Shown: positions 25,444 to 38,727 of the stretch, one piece after another
Layout of the letters: each line of letters begins with the position of its first letter
Numbering within the stretch: the stretch's first letter is position 1
From: Moniliella sp. 'wahieum'
Lineage: Eukaryota
Direction: 5' to 3'
Length of the DNA stretch: 64,000 bases
NCBI GenBank assembly: GCA_003971905.1
Contig: RSEE01000031.1
Location: 558,001-622,000, forward strand
Translations under genes and position numbers: made by a program
The notes under the pieces: model-generated
Seen by the model: the letters and a program-made list of their open reading frames with translations, nothing else
Database searches by the model: none
Told to the model about the DNA's origin: nothing

Positions 25444-26628
25444 TCAAGCATGAATAGCCGGAGGAGAGACATGGTGGGCACCTTGCTTACCGTGCTGGGC
25501 CCGACGAGAGGATGGTCCCTCCGACACGAACGCAAGCACGGGCATAGCGCGAAAATAAACGGAAGGGCTATGCCGTAGCCTGGCTGGCCTTTTGAGCTGC
25601 ACGACGGTGGGCAAAACTTGTGGGGGTACGGCCTGGATCGGAAGGCGGGCGCTAGGGAAAGCGGCGGTATTGGTGCTTGGCTCGAGCTTTTCCAATCAGC
25701 TCAACAGCGGCTGCTGCGCCAGAGGCATCGGTTGGACTTGACGAAGCAGGAATGTCGGTGGGCAGGTGGAGGGAGCGCGCTTGGAGTTGCTTGTACTGCC
25801 CGACCCCGAACCGGAAGAAGAAGAGGAAGACTTGTGGGAGGCAGGGTGCCAACCGCGAGTTCCAATGATCAGAGCGACCAACAAAACAAGCGTGAGGTAG
25901 ACCCCGATCCGCATCTACGGTTGGCCCGTTTCTGGAGGAGGAAACGAACTCCTTACTCTGTTGAGTTAAAGGATCAGCTTGGTTCTGGGGTGACGCGGGC
26001 AATGGAGAAACGTTTCCAAAACGATGCGCCGGAACCATCCACGTCCAATTCATTTCCCCACCGCCCCACCCAGGAAGGGGTCCTTGCTGCCCGGACCCGA
26101 TTTCTCCGTCGCCATGGTAGGTGTATCTCCAATTCCAGGCGCCAAGCGGACAGCAGGTGGGGGACCCAAGAGCCAGGCCATGCTCTTGCGCAGCGCCGAA
26201 GGCTTGCGCTGCAGCCCGCCTGCACCACCGCTGTGTGGGTGGCCCATCTGGCTCATCCGATTCCCGCCCGTGAGGGCCACAACGCTACGACGGAAAAGGG
26301 AGGGCTTCTTGGAATGCCGCTGCTGTTGGCGCGGAGCATCAGAGAAGCTGGTGGGGGCTTGGAACTGCTGGGCATACGCCGAGGGGGAGGTGGCCCCATG
26401 TGCGCCCATCGCAGCCGACGGCATCGCCGGCTCGTGTGAAGGTGCCTTGGGCACACGGGCTGCAGTGGCGGCGGCCCTTGCGGCCTGGAGCGCCGGATGG
26501 GTCGCTTGGCGAGCAGGTTCCGGCACAGCCGGCTCGTCGGAAAAGGGGTCGTGGTCCACGGGGGGCTTCTCGAGACTCAGATTGTGGTACAGTTCATCGC
26601 GGCGGACAGAGGGAGAGCGAGCGGCCAT
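25444..26628 (-). CDS. Hypothetical single-pass membrane protein, copy 1, frameshifted; upstream ATG at 26784 possible
   Basis: ORFs 26050-26802, 25696-25914 and 25444-25695 chain together. FWKRFS motif, one TM (IGVYLTLVLLVALIIG) and a Ser/Gly-rich stalk. Confidence 0.65.
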
Positions 26629-27983
26629 AGTTGGAGGGCAGGGTGGGGGAAGGGAAGAGAACGAGCGGTTGACCCCAGAGAACGGTGGAGAGGAATGGAG
26701 AGAGGGAGGTGACGGTGGTGGTGGAGCACTCTTTGATACGGGATGGAGCGAAGCGGACAGGGAGGAGCGGTGGTTGTGTGACATGTCACCTGTCACCGTC
26801 ACCGGTGGTGAGCGGCCAGCAGATCATCGAGCAACAATCATTAAGCCGCGCTGAGGCGCTGGGGCTCTGCCGCTCAGCCAACCACGCCAGGCCATTGACG
26901 ATTGACCCTGCCGCATGCCCAGCGCAGCCCAGCGTCCAGCAGCCCTGTGCCCCGGCGGCCGCCAGCAGATGCGCGCGCACCGCTACACTGTTCCTGTGCT
27001 GGTGTGGAGCGCGGTGGCAACACAGGCGTCGGGCCTGTGACGGGCCGCCTCGCCAGTCATGCTGTTCCAGACTGTTCCAGTGTTGTCCCGTATCGATCGT
27101 ATTGCAGCAGTGTTGCATGCGTGGGTGATCTGCACCCCAAAACGCCGCCCGCCTTTGCGCGCGCCGCCCTGCCATGCCTTGCCGCTGTCATTTGCAGCCC
27201 CTTGCCACCGCCGCGGTCTAGCCTGGCCTAGCGCGCCAGGCTTGGCCTGGCTTGCCTCATTAATCATTAATCACTACTAGTCACTGGCATCCACATCGCT
27301 GCCAGTGTCAGTCACCTAGTCAAGCTAGTCGCCGCTCACCGCTCACCTGCCGTCGCCACCACCACCAACAGAAGATCGCCGTAACGATTGTGATCATTTC
27401 ATTGATTTCTGTGCATGTTGGGCAGATGGCCGCCTAGACCTGGGAGCAACTGGGAGGCGCGTGCGCAAGAATTTGTGACGATCGATGATCGCAGCGTGTC
27501 CTAGGACCAGACCACCCTGTACTCGGGGCTGGCAGGTCGCCTTGGCCTCGAGTTTCGCGCAGCCACGCGTCAGATCTCAGATCTCAGGATCTCAGGGAGG
27601 AAGATACTCCGCAACGCGTAACAGTGCGTAACGCGCATACCGCAGATGGCAGAACAACGGGCACAAAGCGGAGAGCTTTGAATGTGTCACGGCAGCCTCT
27701 CCGCGACTGGCCGTCTGCATGGGCAAGGAGATTGGCGAGACCATCCGTGCCTCTACCAGAGGGGGCACGACGGTATCAGCGGTGCCTGACGCACTAGTGT
27801 GGCTCGCCAGTGTGGCTCGCCCAAACTCGGCTTCTTCGTTCCGGCTGATCCAGCCACACCTCCATTCAGCACACGGCCACTATTCGTTCTGCGCCCACTG
27901 ACTGTATTGAGTATTGAGTCTCAGTACTGACTAGGACTAGCGTCTGAAGAAGGCACTGAGCAACTGAGTACACTGGTACTGAG

Positions 27984-28042
27984 GCTTAAAGCTTAAAGCT
28001 TAAAAGCCAAGCTCTAAAGGCTAAGCGCTAAGCGCTAAAGCT
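27984..28042. repeat. Heptamer arrays (GCTTAAA)x3 and (AGCGCTA)x2
   Basis: gcttaaagcttaaagcttaaa ... ctaagcgctaagcgctaaagct read directly. Confidence 0.9.
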
Positions 28043-29232
28043 GCTTCAGGAAGCTCGCGCTGATCCTGCTCGGTCATCGATCGTGCACCATGCATCATGC
28101 ATCATGCCAGCCTCCCATATGATACGTCCTTCCACTTCCGGCCAAGTCGCAGTAGCATTTCGTAGCACCGTCTCTGGGCTCGGCGCTCATGGCCAACCTC
28201 GGCCAACCCACTCTTCGTCTTTTGCTTCCACTCAGTCAGTACTCAGTGTACCAGTCTGAGAACTCTTCTGCGCAGAGCTTCATTGACTTGACTTTGATAT
28301 AACGCAACATTCCCTACTGTGCGTCTGTCGATCTTTGCAGTGTGAACGCGAATAATGGACCAGCCCCGTTTCCTTCCATATTATACTACACTTTTATCGG
28401 TCTTACCCCCCACGGTGTGGGCGCTACTCAAAGTCTGAAGAACTTCCACAATAGGTGTTCTGGTCTACTGAGGCGGATGTAACCCGCTCCGTACTCTTAA
28501 ACGTTGTAGGGGTTGCAATCCGCGTCGTCTCTTCCCCCCTTTTATCAATGATTTTGAAAGCAAGATTCAAGCAAGGTTCCTTTATGGTTTTAGCGACGTT
28601 GTGGCCAATGGTGGAGGTGAAGGCCAAAAAGAAGCAAGTCGCGTCGGTCAACGGTGACTGGCATGCCCCCGACCCGAATCATCTTACCCCACCCTTCTTT
28701 CTTATTTTGGCGACCTGGTTGATGACGGGATGCGGTCTTTTTGAATGATGGCTTCGAGGCCAGGGGTTGGGTTTCCGAAACAGGGTTGAACCTCTCAACG
28801 AGGTTGCCGCGCACGTCTCCCCGATCATGTACGACCAGCATGGAATTGATGACAAGGACGATGCTATTCAAAGGTTGACTTTTTTGAAGTGAAAGGCTGC
28901 ATATACAGCGTAGGTTCACATTAATGGCCTACTTTTTGACGACACACTATCATATCTCACCGCTGCTGGTCGCGATGCGTGTAGTCAACAATCAGGGAAT
29001 CCAAGAGGCGGGCATTGACACCCTTCTCTGGGGGAAATCGGGGCAGCGATGAAGAAAGTGCTGGAATCCGGCCAGTATGAGGTTGACGGCCCGTTATATC
29101 AAGTCAAGTGCACCAGCAATTTCCAAAAGGGTACAAAACATTGGCCCCTTCGAAGAGATATGAGGTGGTACGTTGGTTCCCACATTGTTGCTCAGCCTAC
29201 CAATGATTAATGATGATGTCAAGGTGGTTTTA

Positions 29233-29293
29233 ACGCGACCGGCTGGCCGAGCCCGGGCCGAGCGCGTTTGCTAGCTACGATCCGGTTTGGTAA
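29233..29293 (+). pseudogene. Orphan duplicated last ~20 codons and stop of the gene ending at 1211
   Basis: Matches 1151-1211 (..RDRLAEPGPSAFASYDPVW*). The duplication breakpoint lies inside that gene. Confidence 0.7.
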
Positions 29294-29701
29294 CCGCTAC
29301 CCGCTAATCGGTACCCGCGGTACCCTGTCCCTCCCGTCCCGCACGTCGTGTCTGGGTCCGGTTTCTTTTTTTTTTGGGTCCCCTTTTGCTCTCGCCACTG
29401 ATTTGTCTGGGCGCCGGGTTGGTGGGGAGCTTAGTTGTACTATAGGATGCACGTCCCTGTTATCTGGCAAAACGAGCTAAACAAGCTTGATTAGCAAGCA
29501 GGGAGGGTACGCTGGGCTTGGACAGGCGCAAGGCAACAGTAGTAGATTGGAAGTTTGAAGGGTAGGGGGGGGGGAGAGATACGAAATACGAGATACGAGA
29601 GAGGATCGACAAGAAGCTCAACCAAGTTCACACCTTGGAATTGCAGGTTCAACGAAGGCTTCGGCTTTAGGCTTTAGGCTTCAGGCTTCAGGCTTTAGGC
29701 T

Positions 29702-32700
29702 TTAGGCGGGTGTGCTCTCGTTGGCCATGCCCTGGGCCACGGCCTTGTACAGCTTGGACGAGGTAGGTGGGGGGCTCTGGGAGGTGCGGGAAGGGTGGTA
29801 GTGGATCACACCCACGGCGGCCAAGGAGCGACCGAGGGTGTGGCGCGGGTGGAGGCGGCGGGAGAGGGCCTTGACGGCGCGCGCGACGGGCGCGACGAGG
29901 TACGCCTCAAACGTAAAGGAGAGCAGCGTGTTGATGAGCACGAGGACAAACAAGCTCGTGTGGACGTAGGCAGGCAAATCGATCAGGCCCAGAATGTCAA
30001 ACACCCAGCCGTGGCGGACAAAGAGCGCGTAGAGCGAGAAGCAAGTCAAGAGGCACAACGAGGCCAGCAACATCGGGTTAGTGTACATGGGCTTGCGGTA
30101 CGGCGGACCGACGCTAAACACGGCGGCGACGAGAATGTACTGGAAGAGGATACGAGGAACAGCGCCGAGTTGGGCGGTTGACCACGTTCATGCTGTCCGG
30201 GTCAAACGCCGGCGGTCGTACCACGGCTGCGCCGTGATGTAGAAAAAGGCAACAACTGCGTTCAGCACAGATGATCACTTGGCCCAGCATGGAGGTGAGG
30301 ACCTTTTGCTCATCAGGTTGGCCGTCGGCCGCTTGGTCGCAAGTGCTCAAATGGCTCGGTTCGCGCCATGGCCACAGCGACGGGAATAATGATAAAGAGG
30401 TCAATGTAAAGGAACTGAAAGTCGCCCAACGAGGCAGCCAACGAGTAGAGAATGGTGATGGACGGAACTGATCGAGTAGAGCGCCATGTACTTGAAGCCC
30501 AAAGCTCGTCACCTCGCCGCCCGTCCCTTCTCGGATCGTCGACAGAACACATCCAATGTCCGGCTGGCGGGACGTGAAAGGCGCAGCAACCGACGCCTCG
30601 GCCTCCGAGAGAGAGATGCCCACGTCAGCCGCCTTGAGCGCACCACAATCGTTCGCTCCATCGCCACACATGCCCACCGTGTAACCAAGGGCTTGCAACC
30701 GCTCTACCAGCTCGTGTTTCTCGTCCGGAGACATGCGAGCAAACACCGCCCCCTTGAGCAACATTCTCCGAACCGTCTCCACCGGCGCACAGTCCACCAT
30801 CCAACGAAACACATCTCCGCTTAGCGCAAGCTGATAATCGTGTCCGCCACTCTCGTCGAGAGGGAGAACGTGCAAGTCAACGTCCGACGGCTTCAGCGCC
30901 CACGGGTCCAGCTTCAGCTGTTCATCGTCCACGTTCTGCCACTCGATCGATTTGCCTTCCAACGGGCCACCTTCCGCCCCCGTCCAGACCGGCATATACA
31001 CCGCCGTCGACGGCCCCAGCATGCCACACTCGCGCGCAACACTCACTGCCGTACGAGGGTTGTCGCCCGTGACCATCTTGGTGCCAATGTGGGCGTTCCG
31101 CAGGGCGGCAATGGCAGAAGGGGTGCCCGTGATCTTGTTCTCAAAGATGATCAAGCCAAGGAAGCGTAGCTGCGACTCGGCCTGGGCACGGGTCATGCGC
31201 TGGGCCTTGACCCAGCTCAGACCGGGAAGCGACTTGCCTGCACACGCAATAACACGGTACCCATGCTTGGTGTAGTACGCCAACAGGTCCTCGTAATCGG
31301 CCGGGAACGACTCGGGAAGGCAAATGTCGGCCATCACCTCGGGCGCTCCCTTGACAAATACCTCCATCGAGTCGGATCGCATCCGCTTCACCACCACACT
31401 CATCCGTCGCAACTGGCTCACAAACTCAAACGTCCGCAGCACCCCCAACTCGAGGAAATGGGCACGCTTGCCCGGGCGCAAAGCGTCGGCCACATCAAAC
31501 TCACCGCTGCCAGGCGGACGGACAACCGTTTGGACTAGGGCAGGAGGGCGGTCGGTCAAGCGCGCCTTACCATCCTTGGCCGTCGATCCGGTGCCTGTTG
31601 CCGCCCGCGCTGAGCGTTCTCGCCCCTCATCCAACGTCCATCCCGTGTACTCAAACATCTTGACATCCAATGGGTCCCCATCACCTCTCCATCCACAACT
31701 TTGAGCGAATGGCAGGTGGCCAAAGCATGAAGCAGAGGCAGCTTGCGCGCCTCCCGGTCCTCCTTGGGCGCATTGTCCGCCGTTGGCATTTCGTCCGCTG
31801 ACTCGTGCAGCTCGGAAAACCGGTTCTCACGTGCCGAGATGGTGCGGGTACCAAGCACGTCCAGCCCATCTTCCGTTAACGTCCCTGTCTTGTCAAAGCA
31901 GAACACATTAATCTTGCCCGCCATGTTAACTCGGTTGGGGGAGATGCAAAAGATGTCCTTGGAGCGCAAACGTGAGATGGCAAATGCTGTCCCCACGCTC
32001 ATCGTGGCTGGCAAGGCGGGGGGAACCACCACGGTAATCAAGTCCAGCGCACGGACAACGATCAGGTGCCAAGCAATTCCCATACGCACAAAGCCCACGC
32101 CCGAGATGGTAAAGCCTACGCAGGCGATGCCGGCCAAGAAACCAATAAAGCGGAACGAGTCACGGTAGAATTTGAACCCCATAGGCTTGGGGAAAAGCAT
32201 GGAGCGCACCAAGGCTCCCTTGGTGTGTGTTGAACCCAGTACGGGCGACCATGGCCAGTGCATTCGCTTGGTCCTCATTGTCCGACGAAGGCACAGCCAA
32301 TCCCCCCCATTGGGGCGGATGCGCACAATACGTGTGCCTCCAAAGAGTAGTGTCTTGCCAGCTCGGGCGAAATTTCACTGCCAGGAGTCAAGAGCAACTT
32401 CATCTCAGCATCCGTCACTGGTACCTTGGAGACCGGAACACTCCCCTGTCAGCATTGACTCATTCACAATCGCATCGCCCGACAAGAGCACCGAGTCGGC
32501 AGGGAACAGAAGCAAACCAGGCTCAGCCACGTCGTACACATCCCCGGGAACCAAGGTGGAACTGTCGAGAGTGAGCCATTCGCCATCCCGAAGAACTTTG
32601 AGGGGCAGGAGAAGCGGGACATCTCCCGCATCCGCTCCACCGTTGACTTGGTCTCGATCAGAGTCGTTGTAATCGAAGCGAGAGAAATGACGGCAATACA

Positions 32701-34671
32701 AAATGCGTAGTAGTAGTAGTCATCCACACTCCAGAGCACAATTGAAACGATTTGGAACATGTAGAACGGATGCAGCACCTCGTCCACCAACAACGCCCAT
32801 ACCGACTTGGCCTCAATGTCGATCGCGTTCGGCCCAAACACAATGTGACGGTCTTCCAGCTGGTCGTCGCTCACGCCTTGCGCCACAGCTTTAACTGAGG
32901 TCCAACCGCCATCACGCCAGTCCTTCGCCATACGAAGGCGCCCTGAAGGCGGATGGAGAATAAAACGGGTGTAGCGGTAGTCAAGAAACTTGAGCTCCAT
33001 CAGTTGTTCAGTATCTGTGCCTGCATAGGGATTATTCGACCAGGAGGCCTGGGTACCATTCGCAGCCTGCTTGCCGTTTCCGTTGGCAGTGGCAGCTTGG
33101 AACAGTTTGGTGCGCTGGCTCAACGCCGCCTGATAGTCGGACGCTGTTGAGGGAGGATCAAATGAGAAGTCGGGAGGGAATACCGTAGCAAGGGGGCGAG
33201 CAAAAGGAATGGTGTTCATCTTCGCTTCAAAGAGGTCTCCCCATTCGGTTGTGACCATCACGAACTCGGCATCGACAAAGTCGCATTCGCGGCAAACCCA
33301 CTTGAGCCGAAGGCGTGGGAGCCAACGTGCCAGCAAGTAAACAACCCAAACGTGCAGACCGAAGCGATCATAAAGAGCAGGTGGTGGAAACGCACGATCT
33401 GATATCCTGTCAGGCGGATGAGCGAGTCCTCCTCCACAAGGTAAATTTGTTGCCGGGATTGAGAAGACTTGTCGAGGAACGTCTTGCCCTCTTGTTCCCG
33501 CTGCAACGACTCGGCGGTGGGGGGACCGTCATCCAGCGCGCTCCCAGCCAGGAGGGGCTCGTTGTCACCCCAGAAAAGGCATGCATGCTGACCTCGGGGT
33601 GTTGGTGAAGGTAATGGTGTTCCCGCTCCAGGTCGGCAAGGTCGAGGTCCAATTCATCCTCCGGGGCGCCAGCATCGTGGTCGCCAAAGACAGGATCGCC
33701 TCGTCCACCCAGGGTGCCAAAGGCCGAGGGCATCAACCCCCCACGGTCCTCGTCAGAGCTGGACTGGTCGTCGTGAATGCCGAGGGGGAAGAGTCGCCAC
33801 CACTGGACAGAGCGTCATCCGAGTTCATGTAAGGGCCGTACCCATCCTCGGACAGACCGAGTGACTCGTTTGAGTCACGCCGAACCGGTGCATTTTCTTC
33901 GTCCCGCCGTGACTCGTCTCCACGAAGAGAGTTCATAATGGAAGACAGGAAACCCTGGTTGGACCGACGCGAACCCACCACCATGTCGTCATGACCATCG
34001 CGGGAGTGACGCGCCCTACCAGCACGGCTAAACTGGCTCGACTGACGATGCGTGGGCAGGGCACCCGATACGCCCTCCTCGGCAGGACCAAGGGAATGAC
34101 ACTGGGACCTGCGGCGCTTCCAGCGGACGCCATGCTGGTCCGGCGCGTGCGCCGCAGCACAGGTGAATGGGAAAGCGTGTGACCGACGAGGAGCGACGGC
34201 TCGTCAAACCAGGGTGTGGAGGCTGGTGATGCATTCTGGGTCGGAGGAGACGAAAGGTCAGCCCATCCATGCCTCCACCAGGCTCTGCAGAAGACCAAAG
34301 CGCATGAGATGGGGGGGGGAGGACGGATACATACGAGGTGTAGCTGGGCACAGCTCCAGCCGAAGGGCCATCGAAGATGGAGCCCTGGTCGTTGTAGTGG
34401 CCAATCTGGCTGTCGCGGCGAGCACGAGAGCCGCCGACAGCGACGGGCGCAGAGTAGGTGGCCTCGTCGCTTGAGGAGCAGCACCGGGCTCGCCGTCATG
34501 GATCCATGCAGCGGCCTCGGCGGTTTCCTTATCGGTGAAGAAAGGGGAGGCAGCAAGCTGGATGGGGGGTTGCTCCTTGGGGGCGGCATCGGGAGCGGGC
34601 ACGGACTGGGCCGGGCCAAAGGGGGCCTGGTACTCGGCGTCGGCCACGATGTGCTGGGCGGGACCGGGCAT
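29702..34671 (-). CDS. YPK9: P5B-type P-type ATPase (Ypk9/ATP13A2-like), copy 2, frameshifted
   Basis: Intact PPALP (P5B M4 signature), phosphorylation motif [18 protein letters not shown] and [14 protein letters not shown] in ORFs 31556-32326 and 30114-31670. Probable start [14 protein letters not shown] at 34671. Confidence 0.95.
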
Positions 34672-36100
34672 GGTGGGGGGAGGTCCTCCCGGGGGGGATG
34701 CTTGGCAGGCGCAAGAGTGGGGCGAGGAGAAGCGAGAGGTGGAGGTGGGGGCTCGAGAAAAATTTGCCGCGGGCGGGCTGCCCAAGTCGGATGCGGGCGG
34801 CGGCTGGGACGATGCAAGGGCGGCTGGGCAGCGCGGCGGCAGGCAACGCCCTCGTAATCGAGCAATCAGTAATCACCGCTCGTGCGCCCTCTCACCGCAC
34901 GGCCGATTGCAGGCGGCATCCAAACGTCCCAGCGCGCTTGCAGCGCCTCGCACACTGCCCCCCTGCGCCCGCATCCAATGGGCCAGGGCCAGCTGGGGCA
35001 ACCCTAGCCGACGCACACCCGTGCCTGGGGCCACCTGCTGCCTCGTGTTGAGTCAAGTGACTAGCACCGACTACGTCGAATTCAGCGCCGCAGTCTTCCA
35101 GGCTGCCGCTGCCTCCCTCCCGCCGGCCCTCCTCTTCGGCACATCATCCATCCACCGTCGGCATCCCTCGCTCATCTCCCCACCGCCTGCACCTCCACCG
35201 CCACGCCGGCACCGCCCTCAGCGTAGCACCAATGGGTTATCCAATAACAAAGACCCCGAACCAGTGGTTGTATCTCGTTATCACTGACCAGGAAACTTAT
35301 CCGAGCAGAAGCATGGCGGGACGAAGATGACCTAGTAGATTGCGCCTCCGAACAACAAAAAGCGTGAATTGAATCCGCTGCCCGAGGGAAGTGGAAGAAA
35401 GGTCTATATTTGGTGTGGGCACTGGACGAAAATTTTTAACGACAAGCGATGGAGCCGGGTTCATCCTCCTAGCTGAGGCAGACATGGGTGTCAAACTGGC
35501 AGACAAAAGGCTGAGGGGCAGGGCCGCAGGTTGGAGCTGCTATGGTTTTTCGCTTCAAGTGGGTATAGGGAGGGTGAGAGGGCGATGCCCTTCCACTTGT
35601 GGAGACGGTGGCACAGTATACTCGTGCTGCATGGACCATCGATGGTGAGTGGCTCCGTGATGGCGTTCCCAAGGGAGAAAAGATGCTGCATTGCAGAGAA
35701 ATTGCTTGGCCCGGCACCGGAGCGAGCTGCGCCTGTGGCTATCGTACTAAGATTGAGATCCGCTTATAGATTAACAAGTGGAATTCAACCTCAGGATATG
35801 GTTTGCCGCACTAATGCCTCTCTACTTACGTCTGGTATGACATGTGCAACACTACCTGACCCCCCATCTCACAGATAGATAAGACTGTCGCTCATCCAGC
35901 TGCTAACCTCTCCTCGACGCCTTCGTCGCCTAGCCCGACCACAGCACTCTGCTGGACAGCGCCCCCAACAAGCCAATGATTCCTGCACACACAAACGTCC
36001 GATTCACACGTACTATAGCCAAGGGTATACACTCGGTACACAATCACTCTGCCGCCTACATCCCCGCGGCCCACATCGTCCCCACATCCTTTTCCCCCAT

Positions 36101-37878
36101 TTACCCTCGGGGCTCCCCGGGCGCAGGGGCGTGCACCAGGATAGTTGGTGCGGTGGGTGCGGTGGGTGCGGCGGCGGGTACATCGGGCGGGGGCGGGGTG
36201 GAGGAGGAGAGGGGCAATTGCACGCCCCTCCTGGTTCCGGGGCGAATCCAGCGGCGCAGTGCCGTCCACATTCCGCCGTCTTGCTCTTCCCCAAAAGCCG
36301 AGTAGGGCGGGGGAGAAGCTCGCCGGGGCGCGGCGCGGGTAGTGGTGTGGCTGGTCATGCCGTGTCCGCTGCGCGGGGCAGCCAGCGAGTGCAAGGAGAT
36401 ATCCACCCCGCTCGAGCGGGGGGACAGCATAGGGCTTGAAGGGGCAAGCGATACGCGGTCCTCCTCCTCCCTTCGCTGAGGTCGGAAATGGAAAGGTCCC
36501 CCTTGGGGGGGCAGCAGATGAGGAGAAATGCTGCGCTGTAGCGGGGCTCGGACCGCATCCGCAGCACCGAGCAACGGCGAGATGGGTGGTGGAGGGAGCA
36601 ATGGGTGTCCAGGTCCGGCAGTGGGGAGGAGCGAGGCCGAGGTGCCCTGAGCCGCATCGGAAGATTGGATCAACACGCTTCCGCCCTCGGCCCCATAGGC
36701 TGGGGGAGGGGGCAAGTTGCCCACCATCGGTGCCAACCCCCACTTTTTAACGTTAGCTTCGATGAAGACAAAGCCAGCCTGACCTAGGTTGACATGTACC
36801 TCGGCCGGCCCATCGGCCGCCAAGGTGGGGAAAAAGTCGTGGTTGGTCAAGCCGACAAAAGCTTCATGGAAGCGCTTGCCATTACGCGTAAAGAACACCC
36901 GACCCAACCGCGGACGGTAGCCCATACCAATCACATCGCCTTGTCGGTACGGCACGCTGTAGGGCATTTCGTTCCAGGGAGCATTGTGACACCGCGTACC
37001 ATCCAAGCTAAAGTACCCAATCGAATACTTGAGCAGACCTACTCAGCCCGCGTTAGCTAGCCATGCCCCCTCGTCCCATCGACCCAAGAAAACAACGTAC
37101 CTGGAAAGCGAAAGGCGGGTAGGGTTTGGTTGCCAAGCCGATCGCGACATTGGTCGTTTCGGGCTTGCGGAACATCTTGACCTCGAGATAATACACCTCA
37201 TTCGTTTTCGGAAGGGGCAAGTTGGATTGCACGCTCACAGCCCCACCTTCTTCGGGGGCTAAGCCATGGCCATCATCGAGAAACGTAATTTCGGTCCGGC
37301 CCTGGACGTAAACAGGCGGGTTGGCTTCGTAGTCCGGTTCAAAGGACCACGCTTGCACGCCCTTTTCCTGGATGGTCACCATCTGAGGCGGCGTCAACTC
37401 AGTCGGCACACTGCCTAGCGGGTGAGTGCGCGCCCACGCTTGGGCGCGTCCGTATCCGGTGCGCGCCGGGCCCCAAACTGGCAAGGTACGCTCGTTCTCG
37501 CTCCGCATCGGAACGGCGCGCCGCGGCGTCCGTCTCCTCGCGCATAATGTTGGTCGGAAGCCGGTCCTCGCGCAGCGCGATCCCCGCGCTCCGCCGTACC
37601 AGCAACACAATCAGCAGGACCAAGAACATGACGCCGGCCATGGCGGACAAGACAATGATGAGGGCCAACCAGAAGGGGGAGATGCCATCGCTTGCGCGGA
37701 GCTGGACAGGAGGCCCCTCCAGCTGTGACGATCGGTCCAAGCCAAAGGGAGGTGCCGGCGCGGCGCGCACACCAGGTGGCAAGAAGGGAGGCAAGGTCAT
37801 GCCCCAGGCTAGAACGGCGGCCCCAGCACGGGCGGCCAGAGGGGGGGGCAGCGATGCAGCGCCGCGGCGTGGAGGCAT
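36101..37878 (-). CDS. SSH4: Ssh4-like TM+SPRY protein, copy 2
   Basis: Same motifs as copy 1. The C-terminal exon 36101-37006 carries PPPPAY and SPPPY and ends ...APGEPRG*. Confidence 0.9.
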
Positions 37879-38727
37879 GGTGACGAGGAAGGTGGTGGGG
37901 CCAAGAATGATTTCCTTCGGGGTGGGTGCTGCGGAGCAAACACAGCCGAGCTTCTTGCTGGTTGGGCGAGGGGATGGCTTGCCGGTACTCGATCGTCGAT
38001 GGCAGTTGGTTCTGCGTATCCACACAGGACACCGAGTGCTGAGTTGAGTGTCCTGAGTGCTGAGTGTGGTGTGCTGATACAGTGCTCAGTGAGTAGTGCG
38101 TGAGCGCTGAGCCAGCACGCCCTCAGCGCTGACATGCTGACACTGCCCCCACGGCGTCTGAGAGCGGGCTGGCGGCTCGTGGCACATATGACGTAAGGTG
38201 TGCCTTGCGGCGGGCTGCACGCCGGAGGTTGCCGGCCATAAGGCCTAAGGCGCTCGCTTATAGCTCAGGCGCTCCACAAGCGAAGCGCTTACAACGTCAA
38301 AATTCCAATGCTCAGGCGGGGGACAATCCAACTCGGATGGCCGGTGGCGGCGCAACGAGTAACCATCGGGACCCATACACGGCCTGCACAGCCACTGCCA
38401 TCCCACCAGCTAGAGAGACCAGCCCAGCCCTTCTGGGGCGTCCGCGGTCTGATGGGAGCCCCCCGGGGCGGCGTTTTTCTCACGACTCGCGCCCAGTCTC
38501 CCTCTCGCCTCTTCCAAACAACGCTCACCCACGCAGACATCCTAGTACTCCTGTTGCGCTCGCCTCCGCACCACCCCTATACCGAACAAACAGGAGGAGG
38601 CAATACAGGATGAGCGGCACGAGTATGATGGCATTCGAAAGAACGGATACGAGAGAAACATCGTGACAAAAATCAGGGCCGTACCGTGACCCCATAAGAC
38701 CAACAAACATTGGGTCAGACGGATGGG

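Larger units (their letters stand above)
1151..29231 (+). repeat. Tandem segmental duplication, copy 1 (~28.1 kb)
   Basis: Starts acgcgaccggctggccgagc and ends gatgatgtcaaggtggtttt. Colinear and near-identical to 29233-57340, with the same ORF set at an offset of ~28.1 kb. Confidence 0.98.

Noticed and set aside
1610..26628. Calling the copy-1 genes pseudogenes
   Set aside because: Lesions are small indels present in both copies at different sites and in unique genes too, which fits sequencing error better.
13952..28110. Short repeats considered as CRISPR arrays or cloning polylinkers, since they spell HindIII, BglII, StuI, NsiI and ClaI sites
   Set aside because: No repeat-spacer structure, no cas genes and no vector backbone. 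They are dispersed in native eukaryotic intergenic DNA.
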